Assembly (NCBI GenBank): GCA_041648575.1
Contig: JBAZOT010000003.1
Location: forward strand, 14,895-78,894
DNA length: 64,000 bases
Source: Patescibacteria group bacterium
Lineage (GTDB): Bacteria > Patescibacteriota > Patescibacteriia > Veblenbacterales > UBA10138
Reading direction: 5' to 3'
The notes beneath the pieces are model-generated. The model did not search any database and had not been told where the DNA came from. It saw nothing but the letters and a program-made list of their open reading frames with translations. This document shows, piece by piece, positions 1 through 10,373 of this stretch. The position numbers and the translations under genes were made by a program. Within the stretch, counting starts at the first letter, position 1. The number at the start of each line of letters is the position of its first letter.

Positions 1-250
1 TGAATCCACTATCAATGACTCCAGCTAAAACTGTAATACCGTGCTTAGCAGCCAAGCCTGATTTATCCCAACATAAACCAACGAAACCCTCTGGAATGGC
101 TATAGCCACGCCGGTTCTAATTCCAGAGACATACTTACCTGCCGGAGCAATATAATCCTCCAAAGCAAACAAATCCAACGCAGCATCACCCGGTAAGGCA
201 TAGCTTGGCAATTTTGCGCGCGGATCAACTTTTTTTACTTGCAGTTGCAT
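1..250 (-). CDS. dut: dUTP diphosphatase (dUTPase), N-terminal part; runs off window start
   Basis: Reverse-complement translation from ATG at 250: MQLQVKKVDPRAKLPSYALPGDAALDLFALEDYIAPAGKYVSGIRTGVAIAIPEGFVGLCWDKSGLAAKHGITVLAGVIDSGF. This matches the dUTPase motifs (ATxGSAGxDL-like, GVIDSGYRG-like). Not in the ORF track because it is truncated. Confidence 0.75.
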   Translation of the reverse strand, partial: MQLQVKKVDPRAKLPSYALPGDAALDLFALEDYIAPAGKYVSGIRTGVAIAIPEGFVGLCWDKSGLAAKHGITVLAGVIDSGF

Positions 251-261
251 AAATATCATAT

Positions 262-1272
262 TTACTTATTAGTAATCTTTTCTTTATTAGCCAGATTAGC
301 CAGTTTTTCTTTAGCCCTAACAATACCAGCGGGACAACGATTACCCCAACCATCTAGAAATTTACCTTCTTTTAATACACATATCACTTCACAATTATTT
401 GGACAACCACCACATTCAATACTAACAGTTTTAAATTCAATATCCTGAACATTAAAACTAAAAAGTTTTTCAGATTGTGTATCACGAGCCAACATGGCCA
501 CTCCAATCGCTCCCATTAAATGACCAATTTCATCAACAATGATTTTATGACCTGTAATATTACCGAAAGACCTTACTACTCCAACATTTTTACTAACACC
601 ACCTTGAAAAACAACTGGCGGTTCAATATTTTTTCCTTTGCCAACATTATTTAAATAATTATAAACGATGGAATTACATAACCCAGCAATAATATCCTCT
701 TTAGAATAACCCATCTGCGCTTTATGAACCAAATCCGATTCAGCAAATACAGTACAACGGCCAGCAATTTTAGTTGGCGTATTGGATCTTAAAGCGTAAG
801 TACCAAACTCCTCCACGGGGATGTTTAAACGTCTAGCCTGTGAGGCTAAAAATGAACCGGTACCAGCTGCGCACAGTGTATTCATCGCATAATCAACCAC
901 TACTCCATTATCAATAATAATAAGTTTGCTGTCTTGTCCACCAATTTCAAAAATTGTTCTGACTTCAGGATGGAACGCTAAAGTGCCAATCGCATGAGCA
1001 GTAATCTCATTCTTAATTACAGTAGCCTCTAAAATTGTACCAATCAATTCACGAGCTGAACCAGTGGTACCTACGCCAACTATTGTAAGATTATTACCAT
1101 TAATTTGCTTCTTAACCTCTTTTAGTACCAGTCGAACTGCCCCAATCGGATCACCTTCGGTCCATAGATATGATTGAGCATAAATCCTATTATTATGATC
1201 GATCACTACAGCTTTAGTAGAAATCGAACCAATATCAAACCCTAAATATACTTTAATGGGCGCTGGTAGCAT
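262..1272 (-). CDS. BadF/BadG/BcrA/BcrD-type ATPase (HgdC-like 'CoA-substrate-specific enzyme activase') with C-terminal Cys cluster
   Basis: GFDIGSISTKAVV, EIGGQDSK and CAAGTGSF acetate/sugar-kinase-fold motifs typical of HgdC/YjiL activases. C-terminal CGGCPNNCEV...CPAG Cys motif. Confidence 0.7.
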   Translation of the reverse strand: MLPAPIKVYLGFDIGSISTKAVVIDHNNRIYAQSYLWTEGDPIGAVRLVLKEVKKQINGNNLTIVGVGTTGSARELIGTILEATVIKNEITAHAIGTLAFHPEVRTIFEIGGQDSKLIIIDNGVVVDYAMNTLCAAGTGSFLASQARRLNIPVEEFGTYALRSNTPTKIAGRCTVFAESDLVHKAQMGYSKEDIIAGLCNSIVYNYLNNVGKGKNIEPPVVFQGGVSKNVGVVRSFGNITGHKIIVDEIGHLMGAIGVAMLARDTQSEKLFSFNVQDIEFKTVSIECGGCPNNCEVICVLKEGKFLDGWGNRCPAGIVRAKEKLANLANKEKITNK

Positions 1273-2371
1273 AATTGATTTTAGTGGTATTAGAATTTAA
1301 TTTATCTCTTTTCATAATCAACATATCATAAAAAGCCTCTAAACGTGTTTTAATTCCCGTCTCTGAAGTTTGGGCGTCAAAGCTAAAATAAATAATGGGC
1401 ACTTTATAATCCTTTGATAAACGGTAAAGTGCAGACATCGCATTAACCTCGGGCATACAACCAAAAGGCTTTAAATGAATAATGCCATCAAAACCCTGTT
1501 TAATCAACTTATGGGCTAACGCTACACTTTCTGTACCATGCGCACCTATATGATATTTTAAATATGGACTGGCTAATCTTAACAATTTAGTAATATGCGT
1601 GCCAAAAGAAAAGATATCATGAAGAATACTAGAAACGCTGCAAAAACGGTAAACTTCAATTCCCTTCTTAGCTAATTCCATTTCAATATTAAAATTTGAA
1701 AAAGGTTCCATTAAAACATATAATTCACCAACAATACCAACCCTTACTGGCTTGGTTGGTTTAACTACCTCAATTTCCTTAAATAATTCTTCATACTTTT
1801 TTCTTAATTGATTGATATCTTTTTTTGTACGCACACGCCCCAACTCGGATAAAAAAATTTTAAATAGCCGTTCATATTGACCTGGGTTTTTTTCAAAACC
1901 AATATTTTTTCTGATATAATCCTCTATTTCATCAATAACCTTAACTTTAAAATATGAAAGATAATATGTTTTAAAAAAACGCCAATATGTTAACTCTGAA
2001 TTATAGCTTCTAAAAATTTTAGCCAATGAAATGGGGTTGTAAGTATTAGTTAATTTAATCAGTGTGAATTTATATCCCATATTTTTTAAAATCGCTTCCT
2101 GTACTTCGCCGTAATAACCAAAGCGGCACCCACCACCAGCTTGAATAAGTAAATTAGCGCCACGCTCTAACACCTCAATGTAATTCCCTAAATTATATTT
2201 AAAAGGGACACAAACAGCCTCGGGGCTATATTTAAAACCAAGATCAACGGTCTTCCTGGTAATTGGCGGCGGCGGCACTAATTCTCCACCCAACATTTCT
2301 GCAAATGGTTTAATAGCTACATAATAATTTCCCATTAACGGGAAACTAATTTTTCTGTGTATTTGCTTCAT
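1253..2371 (-). CDS. DUF2229 (YjiM-like, 2-hydroxyacyl-CoA dehydratase-related) protein
   Basis: C-terminal KPFGCMPE...FDAQTSETGIKTRLEAF motif of the DUF2229 'CoA enzyme activase uncharacterised domain'. Overlaps both neighbours by ~20 nt, suggesting translational coupling. Confidence 0.55.
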   Translation of the reverse strand: MKQIHRKISFPLMGNYYVAIKPFAEMLGGELVPPPPITRKTVDLGFKYSPEAVCVPFKYNLGNYIEVLERGANLLIQAGGGCRFGYYGEVQEAILKNMGYKFTLIKLTNTYNPISLAKIFRSYNSELTYWRFFKTYYLSYFKVKVIDEIEDYIRKNIGFEKNPGQYERLFKIFLSELGRVRTKKDINQLRKKYEELFKEIEVVKPTKPVRVGIVGELYVLMEPFSNFNIEMELAKKGIEVYRFCSVSSILHDIFSFGTHITKLLRLASPYLKYHIGAHGTESVALAHKLIKQGFDGIIHLKPFGCMPEVNAMSALYRLSKDYKVPIIYFSFDAQTSETGIKTRLEAFYDMLIMKRDKLNSNTTKINYATSAH

Positions 2372-3302
2372 ATTTCAATTTACTTGCCTTTATTTTTAAA
2401 ATATCAACAAAACTCTCCAAGCGTGTTTTTAATCCAGCTTCTGACTGCAGCTCATCTAAAGTTATTACCACAATCGGAATATCTTTTATTTTATTCTGAC
2501 AAAGATTAATAACTAAAGAATCGGGTCCGCAGGGAAAAGTCATTAAAAATATAATGCCATCAAGATGCGGACGGTAAAGTTCAATAGCACCTAAAAAGTA
2601 TTTATGATAAGTCCAATATAAATCACGAGATAAATTAGTTGCCAATTGACGCGCCTGATCTTCATCAACAATGTTAGAATAAACTAAATCAACACCTTGT
2701 GATTCTAAAAACTTAACAATTGGTACACCCAAAAACGCATCATGTGTAGTGTAGGGGTGTGAAACAATTAATACCAGTGGATTGCTATTATCCCTGTCTT
2801 TAAATTTATTTACCTGATCGTTTACTAATTTTTGGTGATGTTGCTTATATTTTTTCTTTGCCTGAATATAAGCCAAGGCACGAGTAAAGGGATTACTATT
2901 TAATTGTTTTGCCATTAAAAATAAACCTATGCTCTCCCCTTTAAACTTCCCAGCATCTATTGTATAAGTTAAAATATTGATTTTATCAAAGCTATTACGG
3001 ACAATATCAACTAAGGCCATAAACTTAGTACACAAAAATTCACCATGCCGTAACGAAACAATGCGTGGTATAAAAATATAATCAACCTTATCCTTTAAAT
3101 AATCTACATGGCCTAAAAAAATTTTTACTGACAAACAACTTTCATCAACTGCTATATTAATACCCCGAGCCATTATTTCCTTATTAGTCGGCGGACTAAC
3201 AACCAACTGGCAACCTAATCTACTAAAATACTCATGCCAAAAAACAGAATATTTATGATAAAGCAAGGCACGCGGCAAACCAATTTTCTTCATAACGAAC
3301 AT
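2346..3302 (-). CDS. DUF2229 (YjiM-like) protein, paralogue of the downstream ORF
   Basis: Shares the C-terminal pattern (MTFPCGPDS...LDELQSEAGLKTRLESF) with ORF 1253..2371. ATG at 3302. Confidence 0.5.
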   Translation of the reverse strand: MFVMKKIGLPRALLYHKYSVFWHEYFSRLGCQLVVSPPTNKEIMARGINIAVDESCLSVKIFLGHVDYLKDKVDYIFIPRIVSLRHGEFLCTKFMALVDIVRNSFDKINILTYTIDAGKFKGESIGLFLMAKQLNSNPFTRALAYIQAKKKYKQHHQKLVNDQVNKFKDRDNSNPLVLIVSHPYTTHDAFLGVPIVKFLESQGVDLVYSNIVDEDQARQLATNLSRDLYWTYHKYFLGAIELYRPHLDGIIFLMTFPCGPDSLVINLCQNKIKDIPIVVITLDELQSEAGLKTRLESFVDILKIKASKLKYEANTQKN

Positions 3303-3305
3303 GAT

Positions 3306-3878
3306 TTATTTAATATATCTACTAATAATCTTATTCTCAATTTGCTTATATAATTCTCCCAATGTATTTTCATTTATCAACTTAATACTAGCTTTCTTTC
3401 CCAAACGCTTAATATAAACCTCGGTTGGTAAATTTTCTTCGCGTTTAAATTGTTCAATGTTAAAATGCGCTTCGCCAACTTTTTCACTCCTGGCTTTAGC
3501 CCGCTTAAAACGTGTCGCTAAACTCGCAGTAACATAAACTAGTAAAAATCCAGGTATTTTGCTTAAAATCTCATATTCTCCAAGATGTCGTAAACCATCA
3601 ATCACAAATTTATTACCAGTTGTTCCTTCTAACCTAAATTTTAACACCTCGGCCAGTATTCCACCGCCAAATCGCTCACGTAATCCTCCCATCAAATTCA
3701 TCTCATTAACTCTGGTAATGGGTAAATGAAGCCTGTTTAAAATATCTACCACAATTTTAGAAAAACGAAAACTCTTAAACCGGTATCGTTTAACCAAATA
3801 TTTGCTAACCATTTCTTTACCGGAAAGTTTTTCTCCTACCAAAACTGATATTATTTTCTTGGTCTTAATTGTTTTCAT
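3306..3878 (-). CDS. P-loop NMP-kinase-like protein (putative (d)NMP kinase)
   Basis: Variant Walker A VLVGEKLSGKE plus an IDGLRHL motif resembling the IDGFPR NMP-binding motif of adenylate/CMP kinases. Lies between dcd and the DUF2229 genes. Confidence 0.4.
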   Translation of the reverse strand: MKTIKTKKIISVLVGEKLSGKEMVSKYLVKRYRFKSFRFSKIVVDILNRLHLPITRVNEMNLMGGLRERFGGGILAEVLKFRLEGTTGNKFVIDGLRHLGEYEILSKIPGFLLVYVTASLATRFKRAKARSEKVGEAHFNIEQFKREENLPTEVYIKRLGKKASIKLINENTLGELYKQIENKIISRYIK

Positions 3879-3897
3879 AAAATAAACCTAGATTACT

Positions 3898-4464
3898 CTA
3901 GGTTTTAAAATTCTCATAAATTTTACTAGCCTGTGGAACATCGGCACCATAATACTTGGAACGAAGCTCCTTGCTTCCATAAGGCCGTTCGCAAGGAGAA
4001 GACAGTGGCATAAAAGCAATCTGCGCTATAGCCATTTTGTAATATAGCTTTACTGGCAAGTTACCAATATTATGTAGTTCTAAAGTCGGCTTTAATGAAT
4101 TTCCTGGATCAATAAAACCGGCCGTAGCATGAATGATAATTCCAATCCTGCCCAAAGAAGATTTTCCTTCTAAACGCCCTACCATATCATTAGACAAAGT
4201 TATTCTTTCTATAGTAACACCAAGAGCAAATTCGCCTGGGTGTAGAACAAACGGTTGATCTTCTTTAATTTCTACTTTATCCATTAAATCTGGTGTCTTC
4301 TCTCTAACATCAATGCAAACATGACCGGTGTTTTTAAATATCAAAAATTGATTATCCAAATGCAAATCAACAGATGCCGGTTGAATAGATTCATCAAACA
4401 ATGGCTCAATTTTTATTCTACCTTCAGCTAATATTTTTTTAATATCTTTGTCTGATAAAATCAT
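3898..4464 (-). CDS. dcd: dCTP deaminase
   Basis: 188-aa protein MILSDKDIKKIL...ASVDLHLDN...GFIDPG, a typical Dcd family member of the dUTPase fold. Confidence 0.85.
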   Translation of the reverse strand: MILSDKDIKKILAEGRIKIEPLFDESIQPASVDLHLDNQFLIFKNTGHVCIDVREKTPDLMDKVEIKEDQPFVLHPGEFALGVTIERITLSNDMVGRLEGKSSLGRIGIIIHATAGFIDPGNSLKPTLELHNIGNLPVKLYYKMAIAQIAFMPLSSPCERPYGSKELRSKYYGADVPQASKIYENFKT

Positions 4465-4537
4465 ATAATTGGATAAATAATTTTCAATCTACGGCTCATA
4501 ATTTTTTACACTAACCACTGTATTAGTGATCTTTAAA

Positions 4538-5221
4538 CTAAATTACCAAGGGAATGGCTGGCCCCATAGAACAAGTCAATACAGCATTTTTAAGATAAGT
4601 ACCCTTAACGCCTGTAGGTTTAGCCTTGCGTATCGCCTGCAACAGATTTTCAGCGTTTTCCTGTAATTTTATTGCGTCAAATGACATTTTACCAATCATC
4701 TGATGCACATTACCAGATTCATCCACTTTAAAACTAATTTTACCAGAATTAAGTGCTTGCACAACTTTTCCCACATCTGGAGTAATAGTCTCGGTTTTAG
4801 GATTAGGCATTAAACCTTTTTGCCCCAGAATTTTAGCAATCGGTGCCATTTTCTTCATCATACCTGGTGTAGCAACCGCAACATCAAAATCACATTTCCC
4901 AGTGGTGGCTATTATTTTTATTAACTCGTCTCCACCCACAATCGTCGCTCCAGCTGCCTTAGCTTCTTTTTCATTAGCTTCTTCACAAAAAACCGCCACT
5001 TTTTTTAACTTACCTAAACCGTGTGGCAAAGTTGTGAAACCACGCACTTGTTGATTAGCTTGTTTAGTGTCAACTCCCAGTTTGAAATGAATTTCCACCG
5101 ATTGATCAAACTTAGTGGCTGGCATTTGTTTTAAAAGCTCTACTGCTTCTTTAATATTATAACGCTTGCCCGGCTCAATTTTAGAACGGGCAGCTGTATA
5201 TCGTTTACCTGATTTTGACAT
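4538..5221 (-). CDS. rplA: 50S ribosomal protein L1
   Basis: Clear L1 sequence. Canonical position after rplK. Confidence 0.95.
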   Translation of the reverse strand: MSKSGKRYTAARSKIEPGKRYNIKEAVELLKQMPATKFDQSVEIHFKLGVDTKQANQQVRGFTTLPHGLGKLKKVAVFCEEANEKEAKAAGATIVGGDELIKIIATTGKCDFDVAVATPGMMKKMAPIAKILGQKGLMPNPKTETITPDVGKVVQALNSGKISFKVDESGNVHQMIGKMSFDAIKLQENAENLLQAIRKAKPTGVKGTYLKNAVLTCSMGPAIPLVI

Positions 5222-5323
5222 AAATTTTTCCTTTCTTTACTCTCTCGTCCTGCCTATTGGCAGATACAAGATTAGTGGTTCAAACTCCCGATATTAATCA
5301 GGATCCCACCCATATTAATTAAA

Positions 5324-5752
5324 TTATCCTTCTACTGTTAAACCCATTTGCCTGGCAGTACCTTCAATAATTTTCATTGCGGCATTGATATCGTTGGCAT
5401 TTAAATCCGACATCTTTATCTTAGCAATTTCTTCAATTTGTTTCTTAGTAACTTTACCTACTTTCTCTTGCAAAGGCTTACCCGAACCCTTGGTAATACC
5501 AGCGGCTTTTTTAAGCAGCTCGGCTGCCGGCGGAGTTTTTAAAATAAAAGTATAACTGCGATCCTCAAAGACAGTTATTTCACAAGGAATAATATCATTA
5601 CCCTTGTCTTTGGTGGCGGCATTAAATTTAGTGCAGAATTCCTGCAAATTTAATCCATGTTGCCCCAAAGCTGGCCCCACCGGCGGCGCTGGAGTGGCTT
5701 TACCTGCTGATATTTGAAGTTTGATAACTGTTTTTACTTTTTTACCTGCCAT
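5324..5752 (-). CDS. rplK: 50S ribosomal protein L11
   Basis: [33 protein letters not shown], the canonical L11 N-terminus. Confidence 0.95.
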   Translation of the reverse strand: MAGKKVKTVIKLQISAGKATPAPPVGPALGQHGLNLQEFCTKFNAATKDKGNDIIPCEITVFEDRSYTFILKTPPAAELLKKAAGITKGSGKPLQEKVGKVTKKQIEEIAKIKMSDLNANDINAAMKIIEGTARQMGLTVEG

Positions 5753-5786
5753 ACAAAAATATAAAATTTAAAAATAAAATGCAAAA

Positions 5787-6332
5787 TTAGATCTTTTGAA
5801 TTTGTAAAAAATCCAACTCTACTGGCGTTTCCCGTCCAAACATTGAAACCAATACTTTTACTTTACCCCGACCTTCGTCTACCTCGGATACCTTACCGTC
5901 AAAATCCTTAAAAGGCCCATCACTAATTTTTACTGCCATACCAACAGTCACATCCATTTTATAAGTTGGCTCTTCAATGCCCATTCTTTTTTGCAACGCC
6001 TTCATTTCTTCTTCTGAAACTGGAGTTGGAGTGGTGCCGCTACCAATAAATCCAGTAACATTTGGGGTATTACGCACCACATACCATGAATCATCAGTCA
6101 CCATCATTTCCACTAATACGTATCCTGGAAAAATTTTCTCTTCAACCACTTTACGCTTGCCATTTTTAATGCGAATCTTTTTTTCAGTGGGAATTAAAAT
6201 ATTAAAAATCTTATCACCCATATCCATTGATTCAATACGCTGCTTTAAATTGCGGGTAACATTTTCCTCATAACCAGAATAGGTATGTAGGGCATACCAA
6301 CGTCTACCTTGTTGTATTATCTGTCGCGGCAT
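5787..6332 (-). CDS. nusG: Transcription termination/antitermination factor NusG
   Basis: NGN and KOW domains (WYALHTYSGYE...). The ORF-track start is a TTG at 6344. The ATG at 6332 (MPRQII...) is the more likely start. secE-nusG-rplK-rplA synteny. Confidence 0.9.
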   Translation of the reverse strand: MPRQIIQQGRRWYALHTYSGYEENVTRNLKQRIESMDMGDKIFNILIPTEKKIRIKNGKRKVVEEKIFPGYVLVEMMVTDDSWYVVRNTPNVTGFIGSGTTPTPVSEEEMKALQKRMGIEEPTYKMDVTVGMAVKISDGPFKDFDGKVSEVDEGRGKVKVLVSMFGRETPVELDFLQIQKI

Positions 6333-6482
6333 ATCCAGTAACAATAACTTGACCTGCTAAAAATTAAGCGAGTCAAAAGTTTATTTAATAGTTAGATCGG
6401 TCTTGTTTAAAAAAGATAACATAGATTAATAGTATAGATAATTTCTATCAGCACGAGCTTAAGTCAAGTTTTGTTACTGGAC
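6333..6482. repeat. ~148-bp intergenic element with ~22-bp terminal inverted repeats (copy 1), filling the whole secE-nusG spacer
   Basis: Left arm ccagtaacaataacttgacctgctaaaaattaagcgagtc. Right arm agcttaagtcaagttttgttactgg. The arms are reverse complements, giving a predicted 18+6-bp stem. A second copy lies at 51633..51779. Confidence 0.6.
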
Positions 6483-6487
6483 ATAAT

Positions 6488-6676
6488 TTATTTATATAAT
6501 AATTGCTGCAACCCTATATTAAAAATATAATCTAAGGCGCCTAAAAAAATAGCTACCCCCAAAGAAATACCAATCACCAACAAAGTATGTTGGGTAGTTT
6601 CTTTTTTGGTAGGCCAAACAACCCTTTTAAGTTCTTCAATTGATTGTTTAAAATAATTGGTTAATTTATTAGGCAT
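6488..6676 (-). CDS. secE: Preprotein translocase subunit SecE
   Basis: 62-aa single-TM protein with the conserved VVWPTKKET motif. Upstream of nusG. Confidence 0.8.
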   Translation of the reverse strand: MPNKLTNYFKQSIEELKRVVWPTKKETTQHTLLVIGISLGVAIFLGALDYIFNIGLQQLLYK

Positions 6677-7094
6677 AACGATCTTAAAATCAATTATTCA
6701 TTAAAATAAAACCCAGTTTTTAAAGTCTTTTAAAAGGCCCCTTGCTGGGCCTCTATTAAAAAGAATAGCACGAAGTTAAAATGCTGGCAAGTGCCTAAAA
6801 CACTATTGAAAATTAATAAAAAGCCCTAAATACCGTAGTAGTTGGGAGATAGTGGTGAAGATTATTAAGAATTAATGTTTTGTAGAGAAGATGTGCAGAT
6901 GCACAAGGGGCGAGTTTTTTAGTAGGAGTTTGGGGATACAATTTAAACCTCTAAGTTATAAAGATTTAAATTGTATCCCTGTCACCACGCTACCAACCTG
7001 CCTGTTTTTCCTCTTGTTAATCCTTCTCCACCACCATCTATCTTAATTTTACTCCTAAATTAACAATTTGTCAAATCAACCAAATTTGGATTGC

Positions 7095-7250
7095 GTATAA
7101 CGTATGCGGATATGAGAAGTTGCGAAGCAATTTGGGATGAGACTCTGCAAGAGCCGAGACTCATATCCGCTGTTAGGCGAGGGTGAGCGACCAACGGGAG
7201 CGAAAGTGCAACGCCCCCTTGAGTTCAAACCTGAGCCGTCCCTCAATTTA
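7095..7250. other. GC-rich structured element (candidate ncRNA / repeat family, member A)
   Basis: Local GC is far above the genome background. Perfect 11-bp stem gcggatatgag...ctcatatccgc. Core TAGGCGAGGGTGAG...GGAGCGAAAGTG is shared with 58800..58985. The 3' end (ttaggcga...ttcaaacctgagcc) is repeated in inverted orientation at 8027..8056. Confidence 0.4.
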
Positions 7251-7982
7251 GTTTTTAACATTCTTTTGCTTGATTACAATAATTTGTCCAGTAATATGAT
7301 CTGCCTCTTTTGAAGCTAAAAACAAAGTCAAGCTTGCGACATCTTCGGATTGAAGTGCGTTATCTGGTGTAGCATCATCTGGGAAAAATTTTTTGTACGC
7401 TTCAGTTGCTACATCAGAAGGCGAAATGCAATTAACTTGAATTTGATGATTTCTAAGTTCGTGAGAAAGTCCAACCGTTAAATCTTCAATCGCTTTTTTG
7501 GACACGAAATAAGGAAGCCAACCTTTTGCGCCACTCTCGAAAGTTCCTGAAATGTTGATGATTTTACTACCTTGTTTCATTAAGGAAACGAGTTCGTGTG
7601 ATAAAATGGTTGGCGCAGTTAAACCCACTGCGTAAGTATCCAAAATTTCATCGGTTGAATAATCAGCAAATTCAATCCCTGAAAACGCTTTGTCTTTAGA
7701 GTGCCAAATACCAGCAACATTGACGAGAATATCTATTTCGCCTTCTGACTCCTTGATATTTTGAGCAAACTTTTTTATCTCATCAACACTTCTTAAGTCA
7801 ACACAAAAAATTTTTCCTTCGCTACCTGCTTCTTTAACAAGCTCAAGTGTTTTTTCTAAACCATCTTTGGAGCGAGCCAAAAGCATAGTTTTCGCACCTT
7901 CCGAAGCGAGCTTGACGGATATAGCACGACCAATGCCAATACTTGCACCTGTGATGACGGCAATTTTGTTTTTTAGCTTCAT
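7248..7982 (-). CDS. SDR-family oxidoreductase (short-chain dehydrogenase/reductase)
   Basis: TGASIGIGRA Rossmann motif and an SDR catalytic region. Codon usage is visibly more GC-rich than neighbouring genes. Confidence 0.85.
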   Translation of the reverse strand: MKLKNKIAVITGASIGIGRAISVKLASEGAKTMLLARSKDGLEKTLELVKEAGSEGKIFCVDLRSVDEIKKFAQNIKESEGEIDILVNVAGIWHSKDKAFSGIEFADYSTDEILDTYAVGLTAPTILSHELVSLMKQGSKIINISGTFESGAKGWLPYFVSKKAIEDLTVGLSHELRNHQIQVNCISPSDVATEAYKKFFPDDATPDNALQSEDVASLTLFLASKEADHITGQIIVIKQKNVKN

Positions 7983-8318
7983 AAAATTATTGTAATCATT
8001 AAGGATTTATAAAACAATCGATAGCTTGATAGGCTCAGGTTTGAATTTCGCCTAACTGGTTTATATGTGGAGTAAATGTTTAATATATGCATAAATTTGT
8101 ATGATATGTGGAATAAACTTACAAAATTATTAAATATCTAAATTCTTAACCCACCTCCGCCCTGGCTGCAGGTAAATTTTCCAACCATTTTCTTATTCGC
8201 ACGAATAAGAAAGTAGTAATCCAGGGATAACCACTTAAATACCCAACTTCTTTACCCGCCTCCGCTAAAGCTTCTGGCTTCGCTCTAGCTTAGGCGGACA
8301 ACTCGGTGGGCAGGCATT

Positions 8319-10373
<2,055 letters not shown>

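Noticed and set aside
239-448. 69-aa plus-strand ORF at the dut/activase junction
   Set aside because: It is antisense to the dUTPase N-terminus and to the activase C-terminus, both of which have strong homology support.
7080-7250. tRNA or tmRNA/RNase P/SRP RNA in the GC-rich island upstream of secE
   Set aside because: No cloverleaf could be built: the TTCAAAC T-loop candidate lacks pairing stems. There are no RNase P P4 motifs or SRP domain IV motifs. Left as an unclassified structured element.
7076-7261. 61-aa ORF from the track (MLKTKLRDGSGLNSRGRCTF...)
   Set aside because: It overlaps the SDR gene's 3' end and lies wholly within the GC-rich structured element. Its R/S/G-rich composition is an artefact of GC-rich non-coding sequence.
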